This document shows positions 7,967-18,006 of a stretch of 64,000 nucleotides of DNA, in pieces. The notes beneath the pieces are model-generated. The model was given only the letters and a program-made list of their open reading frames with translations. It ran no database searches and was not told the origin of the DNA. The stretch spans positions 23,402-87,401 of the forward strand of contig JAKPQL010000065.1 of the NCBI GenBank assembly GCA_029547045.1. Direction: 5' to 3'. Numbering within the stretch: position 1 is the stretch's first letter; every line of letters begins with the position of its first letter. Position numbers and translations under genes: made by a program. This DNA is from Deltaproteobacteria bacterium (lineage in GTDB: Bacteria > Desulfobacterota > Desulfomonilia > UBA1062).

Positions 7967-9166
7967 ATGGACCGCAGAACATTCCTGAAACTCGCTGCGG
8001 GTGCCGCCGCAATGGCGGCCTGCCCGATGGGAGGAGGCGCACATGCATCCCCCGGCGGACAGCGTGCACGCACTCCCCTCGTCCCGGGTCCGGGCGCGAA
8101 GGTGTTCCTCGCCGGGTTGAAGAAGGGCGCCGGCGGAGAGGACATCAGGCGCGCGGTCCGTTCCTGCGCAGAAGCGGCCACCGACTTCTCCTGGCTCTGT
8201 CGGGGCGACGCCGTGTTCATCAAGCCGGTCATCAACTCGGGCAACCCGTACCCCGCCACCACCAGCCCCGCCGCCGTTGCTGCCATGGTGGGGCTCCTCA
8301 GGGAAAGGGGGGCGGGCAGGATCATCGTGGGTGACATGTCAGGGGTGGAGCACGTGCGGTTCTCGGCCGACGCATGCAGGGGAAGCACCCGCAGCCTCAT
8401 GGAGTCTTCGGGCCTGGCCCAGGCTGTGAAGGCCTCCGGCGCCGAGCTGCACTGCTTCGAGGAGGCGGGGTGGGACGCATTTCATGAAGAGGCACCAATG
8501 GCCGGCTCCCACTGGAAGAAGCCCCTCATGATGCCAGCCATCCTGAAACAGGTCCAGCACATCGTCCTCATGCCCCGCTGCGGCCGGCACGTGCTGGCGG
8601 GGAGCACGCTCGGGCTGAAGGCCGCCGTGGGGTACTGGCGGCACGACACCCGCCTGGAGTACCACCGGGATGCGTCATCGTTCCACGAGAAGACCGCGGA
8701 AGGCAACACCGTGGAGACCCTGAGGTTGAAGCAGCGCCTCGTGGTCACCGCAGCCCACAAGGTGCTCACCACCTTCGGCCCGGACCGGGGGCATGTATAC
8801 GAACCGGAAACGGGCCTCATCATCGCATCGGACTCGGTTCTCGCCCACGACATGGTTTCACTGGCCTGGCTTTTGGAGAACAGGCGGGCAATGCCGGATG
8901 GGGCCAAGGGCGACTACATGGATACCAGCACGATCGTGCCCAGGGTCGGCAACCACCTGGTGGTGAGCTGGCTGAGCGGATGGGGACAGGCCCTTGCCTC
9001 CGAGGGCCTGGCCAAGAACCCCCTGAACGCCGTCTGGGACGACCGGGTGATCACCCGCGCCTGCGAGGTCATGGGCGGCGTGCCCGGCGTGGTCCTGGAG
9101 GCTCTCGACAAAACGGTGGGCGAGACGCTGAAGGCACGGCTCGAAGGGATGCTCGTCCCCGCGTGA
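7967..9166 (+). CDS. Tat-signal DUF362 domain protein
   Basis: The product carries the twin-arginine signal 'MDRRTFLKLAAGAAAMAA' and the DUF362 core 'VFIKPVINSGNPYP'. An AGGAGG RBS precedes the start. Confidence 0.75.
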   Translation: MDRRTFLKLAAGAAAMAACPMGGGAHASPGGQRARTPLVPGPGAKVFLAGLKKGAGGEDIRRAVRSCAEAATDFSWLCRGDAVFIKPVINSGNPYPATTSPAAVAAMVGLLRERGAGRIIVGDMSGVEHVRFSADACRGSTRSLMESSGLAQAVKASGAELHCFEEAGWDAFHEEAPMAGSHWKKPLMMPAILKQVQHIVLMPRCGRHVLAGSTLGLKAAVGYWRHDTRLEYHRDASSFHEKTAEGNTVETLRLKQRLVVTAAHKVLTTFGPDRGHVYEPETGLIIASDSVLAHDMVSLAWLLENRRAMPDGAKGDYMDTSTIVPRVGNHLVVSWLSGWGQALASEGLAKNPLNAVWDDRVITRACEVMGGVPGVVLEALDKTVGETLKARLEGMLVPA

Positions 9167-9260
9167 GGTCAACGACCCATGCGGAGACGGAAGGATACCG
9201 GTTCAGGGACGGACCGTTTCCTTTCCGCGTCTGCCCTCGGTCGTCGCTGCCCCGTGCCCC

Positions 9261-11222
9261 TCATACCTCGATGCCATCGCCTCCCATGAGCTCCTCCGCC
9301 GTGATGGCCTCGGCCATGACCGCACCGACGGTCCTCGAGAACCGCGCCGGGTCTTCCACCTTGCCGCCCTCGGCGATGAGGGCCAGGTCGTACAGCAGGC
9401 CCGCATAGTCCGCAAGGAGCGGGTCCTTGCCGTTCTTCTCGAACAGGAAGCGGATGTTGGCGACGGCCGGGTGGTCGATGTTGATTTCCAGGATCCTCTT
9501 TGCGGGCTCGGTCTTCTGGCCGGTGGCCTTCATGATGCGCTCCAGGTAGGGGCTCATGTCGTAGGTCTCGCCTGACAGGCAGGACAGCGAGTCCTTCAGG
9601 TGCGTGGAGGCCTTCACGTCCTTCACGTGGTCCTTGAGCTCCTCTTTGAGGAAGGCGAAGAAGCCGTCGAACTCGTGCCTCTTCTTCTCGTCAACCGTGG
9701 TGATGCCGAGGTCGCCCTTTTCCGCGCTCACGAACTTCTTGGTGTCGAAGACCCGCAGGACCTGCACGATGAACTCGTCGATGGGGTCGGTCATGAGCAC
9801 CACCTCGAGGCCCTTCTCCTTGAGCCGCTCCAGGTGGGGACTGTTCAGGAGCGTGGCCGCGTTCTCTCCCGTGATGTAGTAGATGGCGTCCTGGCCCTCC
9901 TGCATGCGGCTCACGTAATCGGCCAACGACACGAGTTTCCCTTCCGAGGCTGTGGTCTGGTACCGAAGGAGTTTGGCGATCCGGTCCCTGTTCTCGTGAT
10001 CCGTGGGGATGCCGATCTTGAGGATGGGGCCGAACTCGGCGAAGAACTTCGCGTACTTCTCGGTGTCCATGCCCTCCAGGAGGTCGAAGAGCCTTTTCAC
10101 GAGGTTCTTGCGGATGTTCCGCACCAGGCCGTCCTGCTGGAGGATCTCGCGGCTGATGTTGAGGTTCAGGTCCGGGGCGTCCACCACGCCCTGCACGAAG
10201 CTGAAGTACTCGGGCAGGAGCTCCCTGCAGTCGTCCATGATGAACACGCGCTTGCAGTAGAGGTGGATGCCGTGCCTGCGCTCGCGCATGGTGAAGTCGA
10301 GGGGCAGCCTCGAGGGTATGTACAGCAGCGCGTTGTACTCGGTGGTGCCCTCGAACCTGATATGCACGTGCTCCAGTGGTTCGGACCAGTCGTGGCTGAT
10401 GTGCTTGTAGAACTCCGAGTACTCCTCGTCCGTGACCTCCGACTTGTTCCTCGTCCAGATGGCCTTCATGGAGTTGAGGGTCTCTTCCCGCTTCACCTTT
10501 CTGGTCGTTTCACCGATGGGCTTGCCGTCGGCGTCCTTGAGGATCTCTGCCTCGGCCAGGGGTTCCTGGCGCTCCACGTCCATGACGATGGGGTAGCTCA
10601 CGAAGTCCGAGTGGCGTTTCACCACGCCCCGGATTGTCCACTCGTCCGTGTAGTCGGGTTCGCCCTCGGAGGGCTCCTTGAGGTGGAGGGTCACGGAGGT
10701 TCCCCTGCCCTTCTTCTTGGTCTCCTCGATGGTGTAGGTCCCGTCGCCCGTGGACTCCCACTTCGTCGCTGTCCTGGCGCCCGGCGCCTTCGTGACGAGG
10801 GTGACCTTGTCCGCCACGATGAAGGAGCTGTAGAACCCCACGCCGAACTGGCCGATGAGCTCGGGTGCGATGGTGTCCTTCTTCATGGCCTCCACCGCCT
10901 CCAGAAAGGCCTTCGTGCCGCTCTGGGCGATGGTGCCGATGTTCTCCACCACCTCCTCGTGTGTCATGCCGATGCCGTTGTCCTCGATGGTGATGGTCCG
11001 GTTCTTCCGGTCGGGGATGATCCTGATCTTGAACTCTCCGTCACCGGCCAGGATGTCGGGGTCGGTCTGGGACTTGAACCTGATCTTGTCAATGGCGTCA
11101 GAGGCGTTCGAGATGAGCTCCCGCAGGAAGATCTCCGGGTGCGAGTACAGGGAGTTGATGATGAGTTTGAGGACCTTCTGGACCTCGGCCTTGAACTGGT
11201 GTGTCTCCTTCTTGTGCTCCAT
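9261..11222 (-). CDS. htpG: Molecular chaperone HtpG (Hsp90)
   Basis: The 653-aa product contains '[14 protein letters not shown]', '[10 protein letters not shown]' and a full-length Hsp90 architecture. Confidence 0.95.
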   Translation of the reverse strand: MEHKKETHQFKAEVQKVLKLIINSLYSHPEIFLRELISNASDAIDKIRFKSQTDPDILAGDGEFKIRIIPDRKNRTITIEDNGIGMTHEEVVENIGTIAQSGTKAFLEAVEAMKKDTIAPELIGQFGVGFYSSFIVADKVTLVTKAPGARTATKWESTGDGTYTIEETKKKGRGTSVTLHLKEPSEGEPDYTDEWTIRGVVKRHSDFVSYPIVMDVERQEPLAEAEILKDADGKPIGETTRKVKREETLNSMKAIWTRNKSEVTDEEYSEFYKHISHDWSEPLEHVHIRFEGTTEYNALLYIPSRLPLDFTMRERRHGIHLYCKRVFIMDDCRELLPEYFSFVQGVVDAPDLNLNISREILQQDGLVRNIRKNLVKRLFDLLEGMDTEKYAKFFAEFGPILKIGIPTDHENRDRIAKLLRYQTTASEGKLVSLADYVSRMQEGQDAIYYITGENAATLLNSPHLERLKEKGLEVVLMTDPIDEFIVQVLRVFDTKKFVSAEKGDLGITTVDEKKRHEFDGFFAFLKEELKDHVKDVKASTHLKDSLSCLSGETYDMSPYLERIMKATGQKTEPAKRILEINIDHPAVANIRFLFEKNGKDPLLADYAGLLYDLALIAEGGKVEDPARFSRTVGAVMAEAITAEELMGGDGIEV

Positions 11223-11273
11223 GGGCTCTCTCCGTGTCGTGAGAAGTATGAATGATATCGGATGTCATGGATT

Positions 11274-11303
11274 TACATAGGTATTCCAGCGCGAAAAATC
11301 AAG
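11274..11303 (-). promoter_or_regulatory. Possible sigma-32-type heat-shock promoter upstream of htpG
   Basis: The minus-strand sense reads CTTGATTT-N14-CCTATGTA, which resembles CTTGAA...CCCCATNT. Confidence 0.25.
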
Positions 11304-11379
11304 ACCGGGCTCAGCATGACAGACACACCCCGTCATGGTCATGCCGTGACCATACGGGCGTTCCCGCCTTCTGCCTGGT

Positions 11380-12309
11380 TCATTCACCCGCCACCGGTAT
11401 GTCCACATCCCGTCCGGTCTCTGTCCTGGCGGCGATGACGCCGGCGATGAACACGAGGACCGAACCGGCGATGCTCAGGCCGTCCAGCGACTCGTCGAAG
11501 AACACCCACCCGATGACGGACGCGAATACCACGGAGCAGTACACGAAGGGGCCCACCTGTGCCGCAGGGGCGAGGCCGTACCCCTTGGTCATGAGGAGCT
11601 GCCCCGCCGTGGCGGCGAGGCCCAGGAAGAACAGGGTCACCCACACCCCGCGGCCAGGGGTCTGCCATGCCCAGGCCAGCGGGACCGCCGATATGACCGT
11701 GGAGAGCAGGGTGTAGGAAAAGACAATGGTCTCGGGCCGCTCGGTATCGGACATGCAGCGGATGGAAACCATGGCCAGCGAGGCGAACAGGGCCGCGGTC
11801 AGGGCGAGCAGTGCGATGGGCTGAAAGATGGACAGCCCCGGCTTGAGCAGCAGGAGCACCCCCGCGAAGCCTATCACGATGGCCGTACGTACGCGCCTGC
11901 CCATGGGCTCGTGCAGCCATACGAGGGCGATCACGGGGATGATGAGCGGGCTCGTGTACGAGAGCAGCACCGCCTCGGCGAGCTTCATGTGGGCGAGCGT
12001 GTAGAAGTAGCAGTACATGGCGACGAGTCCAGCCAGTGCCCGCAGGACGTGGAGATGCATCCTGCCGGTGGTGACCACGGGGAGCGACCGCCTCACCGCA
12101 AACACCGGCAGGAGGAAGACCAGGACGAAGGCGTTACGGAAGAAGACCACCACCTCGTTGGGCAGCGATGCCGAGGAGACCCTCACCAGTGCCCCGAGGA
12201 CCGCGAACATGAACGAGGCCCCCAGGATGCAGAGCGCCCCCTTCACGGGCTCGTCGGTGGTCCTGTATGATCGGGGCCGGGTCTTCAGGGCTGCTCCTCC
12301 GGGTGGCAT
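11380..12309 (-). CDS. DMT superfamily (EamA-like) transporter
   Basis: The product has ten predicted TM helices and duplicated EamA-like halves. The start is uncertain; 12363 and 12393 are alternatives. Confidence 0.7.
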   Translation of the reverse strand: MPPGGAALKTRPRSYRTTDEPVKGALCILGASFMFAVLGALVRVSSASLPNEVVVFFRNAFVLVFLLPVFAVRRSLPVVTTGRMHLHVLRALAGLVAMYCYFYTLAHMKLAEAVLLSYTSPLIIPVIALVWLHEPMGRRVRTAIVIGFAGVLLLLKPGLSIFQPIALLALTAALFASLAMVSIRCMSDTERPETIVFSYTLLSTVISAVPLAWAWQTPGRGVWVTLFFLGLAATAGQLLMTKGYGLAPAAQVGPFVYCSVVFASVIGWVFFDESLDGLSIAGSVLVFIAGVIAARTETGRDVDIPVAGE

Positions 12310-12470
12310 GACCACACCATACCCGTTTTTCCCACCGGAGAGAACGTGGTTTTCTCCTGTCATTACTCCCTGATTCTGGTGTATACAATTCTGCATTGTC
12401 CTGGCCCGCGTGGGGCCGGTTCTCTGAAGGAGGTGTGCGGGGGCCGAGGCTTTTCCCGAAGAATACAGCC

Positions 12471-14741
12471 ATGGAACGATTCGCCCATCTCCTGTTCCGC
12501 CTCCGGTACGCACTGTTCGGCCTGATCCTGGCCGTAACCGTGTTCTTCGGCCTGTCCATCCGGGTGGAGATGGACAACACCATCAGCTCGTGGTTCTCCC
12601 CCACAGACCCGGTCTCGGTGAGCTACCGGACCTTCCGGGACACCTTCGAGGGGAGCAGATACCTCATCGTTGCGGTGCGATCAGAGGACCTCTTCACCAC
12701 GCCGGTTCTCACATATCTCAAGCGCAAGACCCAGGATCTCAAAGAGATGACCCTGGTGAAGCACGCCTACAGCATGGCCAATGCCAACAAGATCCTGGGC
12801 ACTGAAGCGGGCATCGAGGTGAACCCCCTCCTGAAGGACGTGGACACCGCGGACGCCCGCACCATCAGGGAGCAGGCGCTCACCGACGAGCTCTTCGTGG
12901 GCAACCTGGTCTCGGAGAACGGGACGCTCGCCACCATCGTCCTGGTATTCGACGACATGAACGCCAGGACCACCACGGAGACCATCGCCCGGATCGAAGA
13001 CGTCATGGGCCAAGGCAGACCGGACGGCGTGCAGACCTTCCTGTCCGGCGACATCATGGTGAACAACGAGTTCAACAAGGTATCGGAGCAGAACGGGACC
13101 GTGCTCCCCATCATCGGCCTGCTGGTGGTCGTCGCCATCATCTTCTCCCTGTTCCGATCCGCGTGGAAGATCGCCATCGCGGTCTCGGTCATCGCGCTCA
13201 GCCTGTGCTGGACCATGGGGCTCTACTCCCTGCTGGGCTACACCTTCAACGCGCTCAGCGGCATGATCATGCCGCTCATCATCATCCTGTCGGTGTCCAA
13301 CACCATCCACATGATGGAGTACTACGACGAGGTGAGGGAGTCCTCCGGCAGGAGACGGGCCTACATCAACACGCTCACGTACATCACCGTGCCCTGTTTC
13401 AATACCGCCATCACCACGGCGTTCGGCCTCCTGTCCCTCACCACGAGCTCCATAAGCACGGTGCGGCACTTCGGGCTCGTGTCCGCGGCAGGGATCCTGT
13501 TCGCCTTCTTCATCTCGGTGTGCACCGTGCCCCTGCTCCTCACCTTCTCCCGCGCCACCCGGAGGGTCCCCCACCCGTTCTGGGGCCACCTCCTGGCCCT
13601 GGTGAACCGGGTGAATGAGCGGCACACCACGCTCATCCTCTTCATCACAGCCCTGGCGGTTGCCGTGGCCATCGGGGGCATCACCAGGCTCACCATCGAG
13701 ACGAACGAGCTCGAGTGGTTCCCGGACGACAGCGAGATGAATGTCAACGCCGAGATCCTGGACAAGGAGCTCTCGGGCATCGGCACCATGGAGGTCATCG
13801 TCGAGGGGGAACCGGAGGCCATGAAGCAGCCGGAGATCCTGGCACGCATGGACACGCTCAGCCGGGACATCCGGACCCTGCCACAGGTGAGGAAGGTCAT
13901 CTCGCTCGCCGATTACGTGAAGGCCCTGAACCGGGCCCTGAACGGCGGCGACCCGGAGGCCTACCGGGTCCCTGACTCAAGGGAGCTTATCGCCCAGGAG
14001 CTGCTGCTCTTCAGCTTCTCCGAGACCGGGACCGAGGAGCTGGAACGGATATCGAACAACGACTTCTCCAGGGCGAGGGTCTCGGTGAAGCTCTCCTACA
14101 GCAGCTCCGAGGAGGGAAGGAGGATCTCGGGCATCATCATGGACAAGGCCCGCAATGCCTATGCCGGCGTGGAAGGGGTGAAGCTGTCCATCACCGGGTC
14201 GTCGTACCTGCTGAGCATGCTGGACAAGTACATCGTGGAGAGCCAGATCCGGTCCATCACGCTCTCCTTCATCCTGGTCTTCGGCATCCTCTTCCTCATC
14301 CTGTGGTCAGTGAAGTTCGGCCTTCTCTCCATGCTCCCGAACATCATCCCCATCGTGCTCATCCTGGGCATCATGGGGTGGATGGGGATCCACCTGAACG
14401 TGGGCACCGTGATGATCTCCTCCATCGCCCTGGGCATCGCGGTGGACGACACCATCCACATGATATCGCGCTTCCGGAAGGAGCACGCGGATGGGACCCA
14501 CACGGTGCACAGCGCCATGCGCCGCGCCACCATCATGGTGGGCAAGGCGGTCATCTTCACCTCGCTCATCAACATGGCCGGGTTCTCGGTGGTGGTGTTT
14601 TCCGACTTCCAGCCGTCCCGGGACTTCGGGTTCCTGCTGGCCGTGACCATGTTCATCGCCCTGCTCTGCGACCTGTTCTTCCTCACGTCGTGCATCCTGA
14701 AGGCCAGTCGCTTCATCGAGAAGACGCCGGCGCAGGGCTGA
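12471..14741 (+). CDS. MMPL/RND-superfamily (sterol-sensing domain, HpnN-like) exporter
   Basis: The 757-aa product has two 6-TM bundles, each preceded by a large periplasmic loop, in the usual MMPL topology. Confidence 0.8.
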   Translation: MERFAHLLFRLRYALFGLILAVTVFFGLSIRVEMDNTISSWFSPTDPVSVSYRTFRDTFEGSRYLIVAVRSEDLFTTPVLTYLKRKTQDLKEMTLVKHAYSMANANKILGTEAGIEVNPLLKDVDTADARTIREQALTDELFVGNLVSENGTLATIVLVFDDMNARTTTETIARIEDVMGQGRPDGVQTFLSGDIMVNNEFNKVSEQNGTVLPIIGLLVVVAIIFSLFRSAWKIAIAVSVIALSLCWTMGLYSLLGYTFNALSGMIMPLIIILSVSNTIHMMEYYDEVRESSGRRRAYINTLTYITVPCFNTAITTAFGLLSLTTSSISTVRHFGLVSAAGILFAFFISVCTVPLLLTFSRATRRVPHPFWGHLLALVNRVNERHTTLILFITALAVAVAIGGITRLTIETNELEWFPDDSEMNVNAEILDKELSGIGTMEVIVEGEPEAMKQPEILARMDTLSRDIRTLPQVRKVISLADYVKALNRALNGGDPEAYRVPDSRELIAQELLLFSFSETGTEELERISNNDFSRARVSVKLSYSSSEEGRRISGIIMDKARNAYAGVEGVKLSITGSSYLLSMLDKYIVESQIRSITLSFILVFGILFLILWSVKFGLLSMLPNIIPIVLILGIMGWMGIHLNVGTVMISSIALGIAVDDTIHMISRFRKEHADGTHTVHSAMRRATIMVGKAVIFTSLINMAGFSVVVFSDFQPSRDFGFLLAVTMFIALLCDLFFLTSCILKASRFIEKTPAQG

Positions 14742-14750
14742 AAAATCCCT

Positions 14751-16048
14751 CTAGAAAGGCCTCCCCGTGGCCATGTCTGCTTCAGCAGAAGCCTGGTGGG
14801 CCATGTCGATGGAACGCCCCAGGGTGTTCATGACCTGGGACGGGTTGTGGAAGCCCATGCCGTTCTCTGCGGCCACCACGTCCCAGAACCACTGGGCCCT
14901 GCGGATCAGTTCCCTGGCCTTCTCGAGGCGGGTCTTGTCCGCCGTCTGGATCGCAGCCGCCCTGGAGATGGTCTCGTGGGCCCTGGCCACGGTCTGACCG
15001 GCGATATGCTGGAGCTGCCAGCAGTTGTCCTGCACGGTCTTGACACGGTCCAGCAGCCACTTCTCGTCCTGGGTGTGGCAGGTCATGCAGGATGCCTGCA
15101 CATGCTTCAGCGGGCTCGTCACCCAGTGGGAGGAGTACTTCTGGCCCTTGTCCCGCATGAAGGGCATGTGGCAGTCGGCACATGCCACGCCGGATCTCGC
15201 GTGCACACCACCCGTGAAGGTCTCGAAGTCCGGGTGCTGGGCCTTGAGCATCCTGGCCCCGGAGTCGGGGTGGACCCAGTCCTGCTCGAAGCCGGCGGGC
15301 TTCTGTGCATAGTAGGAGTACATCTCTTCCGGCAGGTATCCCTTGTCCCAGGGAAACACCACTTTCTTGGAGGCGGGTTCGAAGTAGTACTCGCTGTGGC
15401 ACTGGCCGCAGACATAGCTGCGCATGTCCTGCCGTGAGGCCTTGCTCACGTCTATGCCCAGGCGCTCCATGGCCTCGATGAATGCCGGGTTCACCACGGT
15501 GAGCTTCATGGTCACCGGGTCGTGGCAGTTGGCGCAGGTGACGGGGTGCTTCACGCCAAGGAGGATGTCGGCCAGGGGCAGTTTCGCATATTCCCACCCC
15601 TTGTCCCTGTAGATGTCGGATCGGCTGTCTTGCAGGTCATGCACGCGCCGACGCTGGCTGGCGTGACCCTCCTGGTCTCCTTGAGGTCCTCCAGGGCATA
15701 GGGATGACCCCGGTCTTCGGCGTAATCCTTGCTGAAGGGCATGCCCTTGAAGTTCATGAGGATCTCCGGTTCCTTCACGGACTTCTGCACCTTCTCGCTG
15801 CCGCCGAAGCCCGTGGGTGACAGGGCCATGCCGCGGTTCTTCAGGTAGCTTGCGTATTGCAGCGTGTAGTGCTGACCCCACACGGCCGGGTCATGCTCAC
15901 CTGCCGGGATCCTTGCCAGCTTGATGGTGGTCTCGGGTCGAAGGAAGAAGGCCTGCGCCATGATGGCGGCAAAGAGAAAGGCAGCGAGCACTGCGACGGC
16001 CAGGACGATCTTTGTGTTCCTATTCAACGCTGATCCCTCCTTGTACAA
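14751..16048 (-). pseudogene. nrfA: Cytochrome c nitrite reductase NrfA (pentahaem), interrupted by a -1 frameshift near 15617
   Basis: The N-terminal frame (16048..15551) has a signal peptide and haem 1 'CMTCK'. The C-terminal frame (15881..14751) has CANCH, CGQCH, CADCH and CMTCH. One G missing in 'gtcggatc' separates ...CKTAD from DIYRDKGWEY; the native sequence was likely ...ADPDIYRDKGW. A sequencing error is possible. Confidence 0.8.
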
Positions 16049-16493
16049 GGCCGGTGCCGTGGATGAGGGCCCGGTGACAGTTCAGGCACGCGGTTCCCGG
16101 TGAAGCCATGAACGTGTTCTGCACGGTGGAGAAGTGGCACCGCAGGCAGTTTCCCTCCACGATGCCGCGCCCCTCATCGGAGAGCCGCAGGGAGGCGGGA
16201 TAGGATCTCAGGGTCTCGTGGTACAGGTCGTTGAGGCCGGCCCTTGTCTTGTAAGCGGCCTGCGCCACGAGATTGGAATCGGGCAGGTGGCATTCGATGC
16301 ACGCATACTGCTTGTGAAGGGACCGGCCCCATGTGTCTCCCACGTCCTTCATGCTGTGGCAGGCCGTGCAGAAGGCGGGATTGCCCGATGCGTGGTAGCC
16401 CGAGACCACCGCAGCACAGAAGACGACACCCACGACTACCCCTGCAGCGAGAATCCTGAGGGCCGGCGCTCGAAGTATATCACGATAGCCCAC
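16020..16493 (-). CDS. nrfH: NrfH, a tetrahaem NapC/NirT-family membrane quinol dehydrogenase
   Basis: The product has an N-terminal TM helix and four CxxCH motifs (CTACH, CIECH, CLRCH, CLNCH). Its 3' end overlaps the nrfA start by 29 nt. GGAGG lies 10 nt upstream of the GTG start. Confidence 0.85.
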   Translation of the reverse strand: MGYRDILRAPALRILAAGVVVGVVFCAAVVSGYHASGNPAFCTACHSMKDVGDTWGRSLHKQYACIECHLPDSNLVAQAAYKTRAGLNDLYHETLRSYPASLRLSDEGRGIVEGNCLRCHFSTVQNTFMASPGTACLNCHRALIHGTGLVQGGISVE

Positions 16494-16516
16494 GACTGAA
16501 GCCCCTCCTGCCTGAA

Positions 16517-16534
16517 CGAATGCTCACCATGCCA
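16517..16534 (-). promoter_or_regulatory. Possible sigma-54 promoter (TGGCAT-N5-GAGCAT) upstream of nrfHA
   Basis: On the minus strand the sequence reads cTGGCATggtgaGCATtc. GG and GC are spaced as in -24/-12 promoters, about 24 nt upstream of the nrfH start. Confidence 0.3.
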
Positions 16535-16584
16535 GAGAAACAGCGCACAGATGGAACCACCCTTTGGATATCAATATACCGTCC

Positions 16585-16596
16585 AGGGGGGGGGGG
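16585..16596. repeat. G12 (C12 on the minus strand) homopolymer tract about 90 nt upstream of nrfH
   Basis: Twelve consecutive G residues were read directly from the sequence. Confidence 0.9.
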
Positions 16597-16804
16597 GACT
16601 TTCAAGCTGTGCCTTGTCTGCTCATTATCCAGGACAGCGCGAATGTCCATGGTATACCCCCCTCCAGAGCCTTCTCAACTGCATGTTCTGTATTGGTTTT
16701 ATCGGAAAGTCATGCTATCTGGGTTCCAGTGGATTGAGCGTGCATCGATGATTCTCTCCGAGATGCAGCACGCCTTTGGCGGCCATGCAGGAAGGGGGCA
16801 TGGA

Positions 16805-17194
16805 GTGGAAAGCGGGGGAGGGAATAAGCAGGAGAAGATCTTCTACAGCAAGGGCAACGTCACGGTGACGAACGCCCGCTTCATCGTGTCGAAGCAGGTC
16901 TTTGCCATGAGAAACATCACCTCCATCAAGCTCGACGAAGACAAGCCCTCGCGCACCGTCCCGGCCTTCCTCATCCTCACGGGCATCGTCGGCCTGTTCT
17001 TCGGCAGGACCGTGGCGCCCTATGCCGCGTCGTGCATCGCCCTGGGCGCCGCCTGGTATGCCCTGCAGAAATCACAGTATCATGTGCTGATCACCTCGTC
17101 GTCCGGCGAGTCGAGGCCCCTGTCCAGCAAGAACAAGAAGTGGATCAAGAGCGTGGTGGCGGCCCTGAACGAATCCATCGTCCACCGGGGCTGA
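16805..17194 (+). CDS. Hypothetical small membrane protein with a PH-like N-terminus and one TM helix
   Basis: The sequence reads 'KIFYSKGNVTVTNARFIVSKQVFAMRNITSIKL...AFLILTGIVGLFFG...YHVLITSSSGE'. The GTG start has AGGAAGGGGG upstream, and the start is uncertain. The long ORF-finder extension back to 16520 looks spurious. Confidence 0.4.
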   Translation: MESGGGNKQEKIFYSKGNVTVTNARFIVSKQVFAMRNITSIKLDEDKPSRTVPAFLILTGIVGLFFGRTVAPYAASCIALGAAWYALQKSQYHVLITSSSGESRPLSSKNKKWIKSVVAALNESIVHRG

Positions 17195-17305
17195 GGAAGC
17201 AGGCAGATCCCCACGGGTTCAGGGCAGGCATACTGCCACTGCAGAAGGCCGGAGGAATCTCCGCAGAGACCCTCCGACCCGATACCCCAGGAAGACCTGT
17301 GCCCC

Positions 17306-17956
17306 TCAGTACCTCCAGCCCGAGGCGTAGGCGATCACGTTCATGACGACGGGCACCGCATAGAAGAAGAGCAGCAGAGAGATCTTGGCCTGCATGGTCT
17401 TGCGCGTGATCACCCAGATGGCGGCGCAGAAGAAGTGGAAGTACCCGATGAGGAAGATGAGCGGGATGCCCTTGGGCGAGAGGTACCAGTAGGGGTACTC
17501 CCAGACCAGGTGTCCACCGATGTTCAGCAGGCACTCCACGAACACGCAGAAGGCAGAGTACCCGATGGCCCAGAACCACATCTCCGGCAGGCCCAGGATC
17601 TTCACCTTCCTGCCCTCGGTGAGCGTGTGGTAGAAGATGATTCCCAGGATGGCGAACATGAACATGATCTCTATGTTCCAGCCAACCATGGTGCGCAGCG
17701 CCGTGTCCCCCGGCGTGGTCCAGAACGCGCTGCGCTGGGAGAAGTGCAGCACCCAGCCGTTCCAGGTCTCGTTGAAGAAGTCCACCCCGAAGATGGCAGC
17801 CCCGGAGAAGACAGCATCCCAGTTCCCGTTCTCCTTTGCCAGCTTGATCTCCTTGGTGTAGATGTAGAACACGATGGCCAGCAGCGGAATAACGTACCAC
17901 TTCACCATGCTCAGATCCCTGAGCCCGCTCAATGCCTGAACCGTTGCCTCTGTCAT
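17306..17956 (-). CDS. Integral membrane protein (uncharacterised, ~6 TM)
   Basis: The 216-aa product is hydrophobic and Trp/Phe-rich, with a GAGGGGG RBS. It lies immediately downstream of tetR. Confidence 0.6.
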   Translation of the reverse strand: MTEATVQALSGLRDLSMVKWYVIPLLAIVFYIYTKEIKLAKENGNWDAVFSGAAIFGVDFFNETWNGWVLHFSQRSAFWTTPGDTALRTMVGWNIEIMFMFAILGIIFYHTLTEGRKVKILGLPEMWFWAIGYSAFCVFVECLLNIGGHLVWEYPYWYLSPKGIPLIFLIGYFHFFCAAIWVITRKTMQAKISLLLFFYAVPVVMNVIAYASGWRY

Positions 17957-18006
17957 AACCGAACCCCCTCTCTTGTATGGTGGTATTCCATGCCTTTTTC
18001 AGGCAG

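Noticed and set aside
16520-16804. N-terminal 95 codons of the 224-aa ORF-finder call at 16520..17194, containing the poly-G tract translated as GGGG
   Set aside because: The extension runs through the nrfH promoter region and the G12 homopolymer and has no protein-like composition. A shorter start at 16805 (GTG with RBS), 16748 or 16763 is more plausible.
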